DNA from: Podarcis vaucheri
Taxonomy: Eukaryota
Strand: one strand, 5' to 3'
Assembly: GCA_965113315.1 (NCBI GenBank)
Contig: OZ220364.1
Length of the DNA: 64,000 bases
The position numbers and the translations under genes were made by a program. Every line of letters begins with the position of its first letter. The stretch's first letter is position 1. Of the stretch, positions 49,971 to 62,300 are shown piece after piece. The notes beneath the pieces are model-generated. The model saw only the letters and a list, made by a program, of their open reading frames with translations, ran no database searches and had not been told where the DNA came from.

Positions 49971-50594
49971 CTATCTGAAAGGCCACAGGTCCCCTTTTCT
50001 GAAGTAAGGGATGCTGTCTGATAGGTTATGGAGTGGAGCCTAGTGGAATAGGGCAGAAGCCAAGCCCAACCTGACAGGAAAGAGAACCTGGTAGAAGAAG
50101 GGACCAGATCTTGGCTGTATCTGGTGCATCAGAGGTTGGAGACTGATGAGCATGGGGGGGGGGGTGAAAGCTAACAGCAAAGGTTATGAAAGCCAAGCAA
50201 AAATGATCCTTGTGGTCCCTTCCAACTCTGCAATCCTATGATTCTATGAAATTGGTGTGCGCTCTCTGGTTCTGATCTCTTGCCCAGATACTTTAGCTTT
50301 GATTTTCTGACAGTTTGCAGCCGTGATCATCTCTTTGTCCCAAGGGTGGAGATGCATTCCTAGCTTTTGGAATGATGCTGCAACCACAGCACAGAGTGCG
50401 AAGAGTTTGGCAATACACCCCCTCCCCAATGTTGCCTAAGTACCTGCACAACACTTGCCAAATGAAAGCAAGCATTTCCCAGTTGCCTAGGCACCACAGG
50501 CACACACCCTACTCTTTGCACTATGCTGTAAGGATGCCGTGCAGCCTACTGAACTACATGAACCATTAGTCTGACTCAACAGAAAGCAGCTTCC

Positions 50595-51315
50595 TAGAAT
50601 CATAGAATCATAGAGTTGGAAGAGACCACAAGGGCCATCGAGTCCAACCCCCTGCCAAGCAGGAAACACCATCAGAGCACTCCTGACATATGGTTGTCAA
50701 GCCTCTGCTTAAAGACCTCCAAAGTAGGAGACTCCACCACACTCCTTGGCAGCAAATTCCACTGTCGGACAGCTCTTACTGTCAGGAAGTTCTTCCTAAT
50801 GTTTAGGTGGAATCTTCTTTCTTGTAGTTTGGATCCATTGCTCCGTGTCCGCTTCTCTGGAGCAGCAGAAAACAACCTTTCTCCCTCCTCTATGTGACAT
50901 CCTTTTATATATTTGAATATGGCTATCATATCACCCCTTAACCTCCTCTTCTCCAGGCTAAACATGCCCAGCTCCCTTAGCCGTTCCTCATAAGGCATCG
51001 TTTCCAGGCCTTTGACCATTTTGGTTGCCCTCCTCTGGACACGTTCCAGTTTGTCAGTGTCCTTCTTCAACTGTGGTGCCCAGAACTGGACACAGTACTG
51101 CAGGTGAGGTCTGACCAGAGCAGAATACAGTGGCACTATTACTTCCCTTGATCTAGATGCTATACTCCTATTGATGAGGCCCAGAATTGCATTGGATTTT
51201 TTAGCTGCCGCGTCACACTGTTGGCTCATGTCAAGTTTGTGGTCAACCAAGACTCCTAGATCCTTTTCACATGTACTGCTCTCAAGCCAGGTGACACCCA
51301 TCTTGTATTTGTTCC
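50595..51315 (-). mobile_element. CR1 LINE 3' fragment (near-identical to 20901-21474)
   Basis: [19 protein letters not shown]...[11 protein letters not shown]; same octamer tail. Confidence 0.92.
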
Positions 51316-51369
51316 GATGTTCCTTAGTCAAGCTCTAAACTCTTACATGGCCTTTCAATTTTTCTAGGG

Positions 51370-51556
51370 CAGGGGTCCACAAACGTTTTTCAAAGAGGGC
51401 CAAATTTGATGAAGTGAGCATGCATGAGGGCCGACCAAAGTTGTTGAGCTTTTTTTACACTGATTTTTAAATACTGATTTATACTGCCACGGGGGCCAGA
51501 TTAAATCGACCGGCAGGTCCAGATTAGGCCCCCAAAACGGACTTTGGACATGCCTG
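51370..51556. mobile_element. hAT MITE
   Basis: Perfect 8-bp TSD TTCTAGGG; related inverted copy at 48935-49133. Confidence 0.8.
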
Positions 51557-52404
51557 TTCTAGGGTCAGATGAGCTAACCAAAGTCCAGAATAGGGTCAGA
51601 CTAGAGTTGCAGGACCTTGGATAGCTCCAATCAGACTCTACCTGCCTGACTAACCACCACCAAGTGTTTGTCAGAGTAGTGGTGGTAGGTAATTTTAGAT
51701 TCTGGACTTAATGATCTTATGAGAAGGCCCTATGTAGTTGGTCTTATGACCACTGCACCTCTTTATGTGGTTATGTGTATTACTTCATTGACTTTAGAAC
51801 TGTTTTAAGCCAATCTCTGCACCAGGAGCCTCCCTGCTCATTCTATTGAATGGGGCTCTGGACTTCTGCCCCAAAGTTCTGCTGTGTTGCCACTACAGCC
51901 TGTGGTCTTGTGTGGTCGTGCTTGTGGTCAAACAGGACACATACCAACCTCGTTTCAAATCCAAATCATGAAAGATTTTGGTTCAATTAAACTTTATTGA
52001 ATAGGACCATAGCTTCCTTTCTACAAGGTTAAAGGTTCAGTCCTTGACCTTCTACTTTGTTAAAGCATCTCTGGGGAAATACAACAAAAACATGAGGCCA
52101 ATGCTGTGCCCTATAAATCTATGGTTTGACCCAAGTGACTGTGTAGCCTTTCTGATTGCATCACGGTGGTGGTGATGGTAGTGGTGACCAGTGAGCCCAC
52201 AGGTCCTTCCCTCTTCCTTGATAGCAGGAATAATAATAAATTCTGAAAATGTGAGTTGAAACAAGACTTCAGAATACTGTGTGGAGCCAAGGAAGACAAT
52301 TCAATTCAGCCTTCAAATATATTTCACATTTAAAAAATAATATGGCGAGGATCCACCCTGAGAGTACATTTGGAAATTCCAGAGAAGTACAAACTAAGCT
52401 AAGT

Positions 52405-52607
52405 TACAGATGGGTAGCCGTGTTGGTCTGCCATAGTCAAAATAAAAAAATTCCTTCCTGTAGCACCTTAAAGACCAACTAAGTTAGTTCTTGGTATAAG
52501 CTTTCGTGTGCATGTGTATCTGAAGAAGTGTGCATGCACACGAAAGCTTATACCAAGAACTAACTTAGTTGGTCTTTAAGGTGCTACAGGAAGGAATTTT
52601 TTTATTT
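52405..52607. mobile_element. Short palindromic Penelope-like (pLTR end) insertion
   Basis: 75-bp arms 52440-52514 and 52533-52607; 14-bp direct repeat AAACTAAGCTAAGT at 52391-52404 and 52608-52621; hammerhead motif. Confidence 0.8.
52516..52553 (+). ncRNA. Minimal type I hammerhead ribozyme motif
   Basis: GUAU-CUGAAGA-A-GUGUG(CAUG)CACAC-GAAA-G-CUU-AUAC: 4-bp helix I (GUAU/AUAC), stem II, palindromic AGCU helix III. Confidence 0.65.
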
Positions 52608-53120
52608 AAACTAAGCTAAGTAACCATATTCTGATCTGCGAAATGATCAGGTCAGTTCAGTCTGAAATTAATAATGAACAAATTCTTCCAGTATCTTTCA
52701 TAAACTTTTTTGGGCCCATGGGCACATTTACAAAAATGAGAAACCAGTGCTATTCTTCTAGAAAAAGAGGTGCTGAACTCACTACGAATGCCTCCCTTGT
52801 GGTCTGTTAAGAACGGAGAGGTGCTGGAACTGAGTTCTGGTGAGTTCCAGCTGGGGGAAAAAAGCCCTGGGAGAAACTGCAATGGGTACCACATACCCAC
52901 GAGCTGTGCTTTTGGCTACAGTAGAATGTTTGTTTTAAGCCTAATTTCAGCAAGATGGAAGGAGGGGGTCCTGTGGGCATCTGCAAAGGCTTTGATGGGC
53001 CCATGTGTGCCCATCGGCACCATGTTGGGAACCTCTGCTTTAATATTATATTAAAAGAAACCCAAACAATTCATTTAAACATTTACTACACACACACATG
53101 TACCATATCAATACATATTA

Positions 53121-53478
53121 TTGTTGTCGTTGTTTAGTCGTTTAGTCGTGTCCGACTCTGCGTGACCTCATGGACCAGAGCACGCCAGGCACTCCTGTCT
53201 TCCACTGCCTCCCACAGTTTGGTCAGACTCATGCTGGCAGCTTCGAGAACACTATCCAACCATCTCGTCCTCTGTCGTCCCCTTCTCCTTGTGCCCTCCA
53301 TCTTTCCCAACATCAGGGTCTTTCCCAGAGAGTCTTCTCTTCTCATGAGGTGGCCAGAGTATTGGAGCCTCAGCTTCACGATCTGTCCTTCCAGTGAGCA
53401 CAAAGGGCTGATTTCCTTCAGAATGGATAGGTTTGATGATCTTGCAGTCTATGGGACTCTCAAGAGTCTCCTCCAGCA
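53121..53478 (-). mobile_element. Bov-B (RTE) LINE 3' fragment
   Basis: KLRLQYSGHLMRREDSLGKTLMLGKMEGTRRRGRQRTRWLD...; (CAA)-type tail. Confidence 0.9.
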
Positions 53479-54369
53479 ATTATTGAATATAATATATTCA
53501 TTATTATAGGATGGACAAACCATACTATAATAACAGTCCCTTAAAATAAGTTATAGCCATTTTTAAAATTATTATTTCCAAATCATATTCTTACAGCATT
53601 CCAAAGATCCCAATAGGCCCACATTTTCCTTAAACTTTTTTTAAAAATCCACCTCAGTACATCTTACGTAGATATTTAACATGGTTAATGAATGCAAGTG
53701 ACCCTGCTCTAGAGACACCAGAATACTAGTGGCTGGGAACCGCGGAAGGGCAGAATGCTCTTGTGCTCAGGCCCTGCTTAAGGGTTTCCACACAGGCATC
53801 TGGGTGGCCCATGTGAGAACAGGATGTACCATTGGCCTGATCCAGCAGAACTCTTCTTATGTTCTTGTGACACTCAGTTGAATGTTGGTAAGTGGTGCTC
53901 CATGTTAGGATTCTTGCTCCATGTTTGCAGTCATGGGATTGTTGTCTATCATATGACGGTGTATGTTTTCATTCCACAGTGTGGGAAGTGACGGAGAGAG
54001 GATGTTTTGTGTTACTGTGTTCCGTGATGTAGGACTATTGTCCTTTGTTTCTTTCTCTCGTTGCTCTCTGATGAGAAAGAGGAAGGGGCTAAGGTAGAAT
54101 GCTCCGAGTGTATTATATGTAAATACAGTGGTACCTCGGGTTACATACGCTTCAGGTTACATACGCTTCAGGTTACAGACTCTGCTAACCCAGAAATAGT
54201 ACCTCGGGTTAAGAACTTAGCTTCAGGATGAGAACAGAAATCGTGCTCCGGTGGTATCAGTTGCTGTGATGTTCGGGCTGAAGAAAGCTTTTGAAGCTTC
54301 CGAACGACCGACCAGGAGGGAGAGAACTTGCCATTCGGGCATGTGCCTCTGCCAGGGTCCTACACAAGA

Positions 54370-54724
54370 GTAAAGGTAAAGGGACCCCTGACAGTTAAGT
54401 CCAGTCACGAATGACTCTGGGGTTGCGGCGCTCATTTTGCTTTGCAAGCCGAGGGAGCCGGTGTTTGTCTGCAGACAGTTTTTCTGGGTCATGTGGCCAG
54501 CATGACTAAGCCACTTCTGGCGAAACCAGAGCAGCACATGGAAACGCCGTGTACCTTCCTGCCAGAGCGGTACCTTTTTATCTACTTGCATTTTGCTATG
54601 CTCTTGAAATGCTAGGTTGGCAGGAGTTGGGACCGAGCAACGAGAGCTCACCCCGTAGCAGGGATTCAAACCGCTGACCTTTGGATTGGCAAGCCCAAGG
54701 CTCAGTGGTTTAGACCACAGCACT
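54370..54724 (-). mobile_element. Sauria SINE
   Basis: Reverse complement of consensus (GTAAAGGTAAAGGGACCCCTGAC...). Confidence 0.85.
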
Positions 54725-55741
54725 ACACGAGATTAGGAAGAGCCCAACATGGTTATGGGCCCAGGAATCAGGACCACAGACCCAATGCCAGCAGAGGAAG
54801 GACCGGGGACTGTACAGTTGTCTGGGTTCTACACAGACACTCTCATAAATAAGAATGGGGTAAGTGCCCCTCTTCTCACACAGGCATTCATTGCCCAGGG
54901 ATCCTTAGCATTTTAAAGGGGTTTGTTTTTTCCTTGGTAATCAGGTCATCCCCCCCCCCCAAAAAAAACCCCAGCATTTGTAGCTGGAGGCCTGTCTGTG
55001 GCAGGAAGTCAATTTCAAAATTCTTAACTTAGAAATCCACATGCCTCCCTTTCTGTATTTACAGATTGCCTTCCAGAATTGTCCCTCAAAGTGGATAATT
55101 AAATAATAATGCATACAAAGATGGCAGGGACGTAATGACACTTGTAATGTGGAATTAACTATGGTAACTATGGATATATAACAGATGGAGAATTGTAAAA
55201 GATGCAAGAAATTTTATCTTAAATATGGAACCCATGGAGGGAGGGAAGGTTCAAAATACCTTGTAATGTGGTCTTATTTTAATGTTTGAAATGGTTAAGT
55301 TAAAATGTATAAAATTGTGAAAAAACCAATAATATTCTTTTTTTTAAAGAGAAATAATAATAACTTCTGAATGGAAGGGGGAGGGGCAATATACTTCACA
55401 AATTGTCAACCACTCCCATAAATTACCAATGAGGGAGGGATAGATTTACTTGACTGCAGTAAATAGTAGAAAGAAACTAAAGGGGGGGGGGAAATAAAAG
55501 CTTTCTGGATGTTTATAGCTGACAATTTAATACCTATGTTGGTCATGAGTGACAAGGATGATGAAATATGGATTTCAACTAGAGGCAGATACTGTGTTAA
55601 TTATATAGGGGTAGGCTTCCGGAGTTAAAATGTTTGCAAGGTGAACGTCTGATAATCTCAATGAAAGTCATTTTTTGCATTTCACCCAGACCCACTAGGT
55701 GTGGACATATTATTTAGTGGGTTTCAAGAAAGGATGGGCTG

Positions 55742-55830
55742 GTGCCAGACTAACCAAGCCTGTGAATAGTTCGAATTTCTTTCATTTCACTTCTCCAACC
55801 AAGCCCAACTCCTGAAAGCCATATAAAGGA
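55742..55830 (+). promoter_or_regulatory. Proximal promoter of keratin gene 3 (TATAAA at 55822)
   Basis: TGCCAGACTAACCAAG ... AAGCCCAACTCC ... CATATAAAGG, 68 nt upstream of the ATG. Confidence 0.7.
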
Positions 55831-55889
55831 AGACTTGGAGAGGATTTTGGACTGTTCATCTCTCTCTACGCCGCCACCTTTATGCCGCA

Positions 55890-56369
55890 ATGAGTCGACA
55901 GCTGAATGCCAGAGCTCTGAATGGAGGGAGGGGGTTTAGTGCTGGTTCTGCAATTGTTTTCGGAGGGGGCAGGATCAATGACTCCTCTCCTAGCCGAAGA
56001 AGCGCCGGAGCAGCAAGTGGAATTGGTGGCATTTACAGTAGAAGCCTTTACAATCTGGGGGGTACTAAGCGCATCTCCCAGAGTGTGGTTCCTGGAGGTG
56101 CACATCGTGGAGGTGGATTTGGTAGCTATGCTGGTGTTAGTTTTGGTGGATTTCCTGGTGGTGGATGGGCCAATGGCAACTTTGGCAATGGAAGGAATGG
56201 CCCTGGGTTTCTTTCCCATCCTCCGGGGAGCATCCCAGAAGTCATCATTAACCAGAGCCTCCTGGCGCCACTTAACCTGGAGATTGATCCTGAGATCCAG
56301 AAAGTACGCAGAGAAGAAAGAGAGCAGATCAAGAACCTCAATGACAAATTTGCTTCCTTTATAGACAAG
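55890..56369 (+). CDS. Keratin gene 3 exon 1
   Basis: [13 protein letters not shown]...[11 protein letters not shown]|gtagg. Confidence 0.93.
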
Positions 56370-59300
56370 GTAGGATTTTTGAGCTCCTGTGTTAACTAAC
56401 CGTTTCGTACTGTTGTTACATATTACTAAACTGTTACTAAATTCCTTTGTCAAACAGGAAATATTTAGCAGTACTCCAAATTGATATGCCTGTGATTATG
56501 TTAGTTCATACATTTTTGAAATATATATAATTTATCTGCCTCTTCCCCCCTTCGTACAAACACTTTACGGTTCTTATCTCACTTGTCACCACCCCTGGAC
56601 ACACTGATGGTTATATAGGCATCTACTTTGGCCAATTATTATCTAAATCTGGGAATGGGTCAGCTTTCTTGGATTCTGCCTGTCTTTTTATTATGGCAAA
56701 TTAAAATAAATGAAAAATAGACATTTTAGTAGAAACACTGAACCTTAATTCATAGAATGAGGACAGATGGATGATTTAATAAGACTGTCCTTTTTCAAAT
56801 TTATTTGGAAATCTTCTAATGAAGCTTGATGATGTTAAGGAAATAGGCTCTTTTCAGTTAGCCAGTGTGGTGTAGTGGTTAAGAGCGGTGGATTCGTAAT
56901 CTGGTGAACCGGGTTCGCTTCCCCGCTCCTCCACATGCAGCTGCTGGGTGACCTTGGGCTAGTCACACTTCTCTGAAGTCTCTCAGCCCCACTCACCTCA
57001 CAGAGTGTTTGTTGTGGGGGAGGAAGGGAAAGTGGAATGTTAGCTGCTTTGAGACTCCTTTGGGTAGTGATAAAGCGGGATGTCAAATCCAAACTTTTCT
57101 TCTTCTTCTTTACATTTGTAAGAAGATCTTCTAACAATGTATTCTGGGTACAACCCCTGTTTCCATTTGAGCGAAAACAGCATGTGGTAATATCATGGCA
57201 TGATGCATTTGGGTTGAACTTACTTTTTTGGCAATTTTTAAGACCTGCTGTGACAGATAGATAGAGAGACAGAGAGATAGATAGAGAATATTGAAAGGCA
57301 ACTCCATAATGTGAAACCGCTCCATAACACATATCTTGACAAGTCTTGTGCGAGCCCAACAAACTCTCAGCATTGTTCTTCCTGGGAGAGGGGCAACGAG
57401 ATGCAAAGCCCAAGGAGGTTAAATAAACACAAGGTAGAGCAGCTTCTCGTTGTTCAGGAAGGATGTCTGAATCAAATTCCATACTCTAATATTTGTAAAT
57501 TAAAATTCATAGTTTTCCATCTAAGCCAAAGGAAATTTACCTGGCGATTTTCGTGTAGGGGAACATGGGTTGCAAGCTACATAGTAAAGCAATCAGGTGA
57601 TTTCTTCAATGTAGACTGGATGGGACACACAATACACCACAAGAATTCCTGTGATGCTGCTTCCTATGTGCTAGAGAAGAAATAAAATTGAAAAGAAAAC
57701 TCAAGGAAATTTTCCTAATTTGATTCTCTTCCCCCAATTTGAAAGCTTTATGATTGCTTATGATGGCATGCATCTCCATCCAGCAAGTGATATCCATTTG
57801 CAGAAGTAGACATTGGTGTGTGCAGCCAGTCAATGGATATTAACATCTTGTTGCTCATGCATACTGCAGTGTTTATCCAAATCATATTGAACAGAGAGTG
57901 AGACCACTTTCATCCAAGGCCAGCAATTGTTTCTGCAACTACAGCTGAATCAGGATCAGGGTGTTTAGAAAACATCTTGTATGTACAGGATTTGGCAAGG
58001 AAAATAATAATAGAATGTTAAGCATTATCATGCAGACTTACCTTTTATTCAGGCAGTTATGCATCCAATGTCACAGTGTGGAGTGTTCTGTTAAGGGTTC
58101 CAGCCAGCCAGTGAGCCAGCCAGCCATGCCCTTTTCCAGGACTCCCTTCCATTTCCTCTCCCTCCTCTCAGGAAGTTTTCCATGCTCTCCTTCAATAGCC
58201 AGCATTTTGTGGTCACTCAGCATACTGTCCTCAATGTGCTGCTTTGGATGTTCCCCTTTCCACGTGGTGTTCTGATTTTGTGTGTGTGTGCTTTTGCAAA
58301 ATTGGCGTTCCCCCATGAGTGCAGATACTACCATCTACAGCATGCATGGAACTGTTTTGACTACAGAAGGATTACCTTTGCAATTACAGTGGTACCTCTG
58401 GTTACGTACTTAATTTGTTCCGGAGGTCCGTTCTTAACATGAAACTGTTCTTAACCTGAAGCACCACTTTAGCTAATGGGGCCTCCCGCTGCTGCCGCGC
58501 CGCCGCTGCACGATTTCTGTTCTCATCCTGAAGCAAAGTTCTTAACCCCAGCCAATATTTCTGGGTTAGTGGAGTCTGTAACCTGAAGCATATGTAACCC
58601 GAGGTACCACTGTAATATCAGGAATAGCCAATATTGTGACCTCCAGTCAGATGTTGCTGTACCACAACTCCCACCATCCCCGACCATTGACTGTGCTGGA
58701 TGGAACTTATGGGAGCTGTGGTCCATCAACTTCTGAAGGGCATCACATTGGCTACCCCTGATAGAGAGTGCCCTGTCCTTTAGAGTCGAAACCTGAATCT
58801 GAGCATTTTGGACTTCAAAATTTGCACTAAAATATTCAACAGTTCAGTTTTCTTTTATGTCATGTGACATTTTAGTAGAATTGCTCTCCATGCTATGCCT
58901 GGAAGGGCTTAGAGCTGCAGTGCGACTACCCTTGGCCCAGTGGCGTAGCGTGGGGGGTGCAGGGGGGGCCGCCTGCACCGGGCGCAACATCTGGGGGGCA
59001 CGCGCACACTCGCAGCTCTCTGACCCTACCAGGCTCACTCACTCTCTCTCACTGCAGTGCTGGCTGTGCGAATCCGATCCTGTCGCCGCCCACTGTGTGT
59101 GTGTGGGGGGTGCCAGGCGTGCGGTGCGGAGAGAGAGCGAGGGACTATCTGGGGGAGGGACAGTGCAGCGGCCGCCCAGCGCAGCGCTGAGCGCGGGAGA
59201 GAACCACACCAGACCAGACCAGGCAGCAGCAAGAAGAAGCTGGCAGTGGCGGCAGGTTAGGGGTTAGGGGGCGCAAATTACTTGCCTTGCCCCGGGTGCT

Positions 59301-62300
59301 GACAACCCACGCTACGCCGCTGCCTTGGCCATTCCTATATGCATGTTGAAGCTGCTCGCCAGTGCCCTGTCCCTTTCAATCTGTTTGATCCTCAGGTTCG
59401 ATTCCTCGAGCAGCAGAACAAAGTCCTAGAGACCAAATGGAACCTCCTGCAGCAGCAACCCATCTCCCACGCGAAGAGCAACATGGATTCCCTCTTTGAG
59501 GCCTACACCAACAGCCTGAGGAAACATCTAGACTCTCTGAAGGGTGAAAGAGGGAGGCTGGGCTCAGAACTGAAGAACGTGCAGGAGCTGGTGGAAGACT
59601 TTAAGCGCAGGTAGGTGAGGAAAGGCAAGGCCAACACTCAGTTCTTCCCACCCGGAGTGCAATTCCCCAGTGATGGAGACGTACATTTTGAAGTTCAGGA
59701 GCTCATCATGACAGCCTTCATAGCTACGATCCGAACAGCAGCTCTCAGATACAGGCAGCTGTGTTATCCGTATCTTCACAGGCACTTCCCCTGCACCAAA
59801 GCAGGCGTGTGTAGCATAACACTAAATTTAATTAGGAACAACTGACAAGCCATAGATGTTAAAGAACAAATTCATCTGGTAAAGCACATTAGGCTTGAAC
59901 CAAAGATCTTCAGCCCACTGAAATGCAACCTTTAGCTTTTAATTAGAAATGCAAACAGTCTTGCAAAAGTACCCAGCTTCTCCTTGACCACCCCCCTCAT
60001 TCTCTGAGTCTCTAAGCTAATCAGTCACAAATAAACTAGCAATCCTCATCAGCACCACATTCACTTGCCAGTGCACGGTACTCTTTGCTCCTGTTTTGAG
60101 AAAGGTCTCCTATCATGGTTTACACATTTGATGGGAAGTGCCATTGTAGAATAGAAATTAGTAGAGCCCCTTACTCTCTATTTCACCTTGCCAGTGGCGT
60201 TTCCCCTGGTTTTGTGCCCCCCTTTTTTACTTTAAACAGATATTGAACAGATTATGGCCGCAGATCCATCACAATCTTTGCTTTTGTTTTCGTTCACTCT
60301 CAAAAGGTACGAGGAAGAAATCAACAAGCGCACCACTGCTGAGAATGAATTTGTACTGCTAAAAAAGGCAAGTCTTGAAACGCACGCAAAGTGATGACAC
60401 CCGTTATAAATCAGGGGTGAAATACCTCAGGCCTGAGGTTTGAATAAAGCTCTGCCCAGGCCTCTTTCTGGCTCTGGGGAATCTTCCTACACAACCACAC
60501 TCTCTCTCTCCTCATTGTCCTGGCTTCATAGCATCCGGGCCGAAATGTCCGTGAACTCTGATAATGACTCTTGTGTGCCAGGGTGAAGGCTAGAGGCTGC
60601 ATGTGTGTGTGTGTGTGTGTGTGTGTGAAAGCCAGCCTTCTGTACAAATGTAAAATCTACCTTCCTTTCCCTGCCCACATGGGCCTCTGGTATCGGTCCC
60701 CTGGGGGGCTGTACAGAAAGGAATGTGGCCTTTGCTCTGAAAAAAGTTCTGCACACCTATTCCAAATGGAGGTAAGTGAAGGGGTATGTGAGTGTGGAAA
60801 TATGTTTATATACAGGCAACCTACCCATCAACTGTCCTGCTTTAAGCGGTACATCCTGGAATTATAGAAGCTTCTGATCAGATCCCATGATGTCCTGTTT
60901 TGGCTCACACAAGAGTGCAGCCCTGAAAGATGTGCATTTGGGGGGGCGGCACACTCTCACACAAGTCACATGACTCGTGCAGGAGCTGCTCTCCCGATTT
61001 TCCTCTGTGGCATGTTAGAGGGTGTGCAACTAGTGAATTTACAATCAAAGCAGTGCATGAGTTTTGTTAAATTAAAAACAAACAAATGAACACGTATATC
61101 TAGAATGAGCTCCATGTTCGAGTGGGCACTGGGGAAAAATAAAGCCCTCTAGTGTGCCTCCTCTGATGTTGATCTTTCCTGGTGGGCTTACCTGCTAGAG
61201 ATCATGGTGGCAGCAGTGGCAGGCAACTGTAGCAGGACTGGTGGCAGAGGCAGCACAATAAGTCATCTGCCATGTAGATTTCCCACAGTGCTCTAGAATG
61301 ATGCCACATTGGGGGTTTTATGAGTATCTGAAATGGTGGGTGACTTCCAAATCCACCATCATCTGTACTGGGCCCTGCCCCAGCAGTGGAGCCCTAGCAG
61401 CTGCTCAAGGATATCAGNNNNNNNNNNNNNNNNNNNNNNNNNNNNNNNNNNNNNNNNNNNNNNNNNNNNNNNNNNNNNNNNNNNNNNNNNNNNNNNNNNN
61501 NNNNNNNNNNNNNNNNNNNNNNNNNNNNNNNNNNNNNNNNNNNNNNNNNNNNNNNNNNNNNNNNNNNNNNNNNNNNNNNNNNNNNNNNNNNNNNNNNNNN
61601 NNNNNNNNNNNNNNNNNNNNNNNNNNNNNNNNNNNNNNNNNNNNNNNNNNNNNNNNNNNNNNNNNNNNNNNNNNNNNNNNNNNNNNNNNNNNNNNNNNNN
61701 NNNNNNNNNNNNNNNNNNNNNNNNNNNNNNNNNNNNNNNNNNNNNNNNNNNNNNNNNNNNNNNNNNNNNNNNNNNNNNNNNNNNNNNNNNNNNNNNNNNN
61801 NNNNNNNNNNNNNNNNNNNNNNNNNNNNNNNNNNTTCAACATAGGATTTAAGTTTGGGAGAGTGGAGGGCACAAATCTGAGATCTAAGATGGTAATTTCA
61901 GGGCTTTCAGCACCAAAAAAATGAGGGCCTATGTTTGGAAGGTGGGATGCAACGTGTTTCCATTTTTACCTCCCTGCTCCAACTGGATTCACCTTTTTTT
62001 TTTTGGCAGAGGGAGGTGTGTTTTCAATGTTCTTCCCCTGCAGGCCCAGGACCTTGCATTGTAGATTTGAAAGGACCCTAGAGTAAAGGAGGAATGCCCC
62101 ACAGTCTGTGATTTACTCCCTGCAGTTTCATCAAATGCTTAACTTGGGCTATACCTCTACTGCTGTGTGTTCATTTGACTGGTTCTTAACCCTTTATGAT
62201 CTTCAATGTAATTTCCCCTTCCCAGGATGTAGATGCAGCCTACATGAACAAGGTGGAGCTGGAGACCAGGGTGGCTTCTCTGACAGATGAACTCAACTTC

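Noticed and set aside
59607-59620. Tandem donor GTAGGTGAG after gene 3 exon 2
   Set aside because: The +4 donor would add a stop codon and frameshift; such motifs are common and there is no evidence of use.
61298-61924. Long ORFs across N runs (also 25855-26172)
   Set aside because: Artefacts of assembly gaps.
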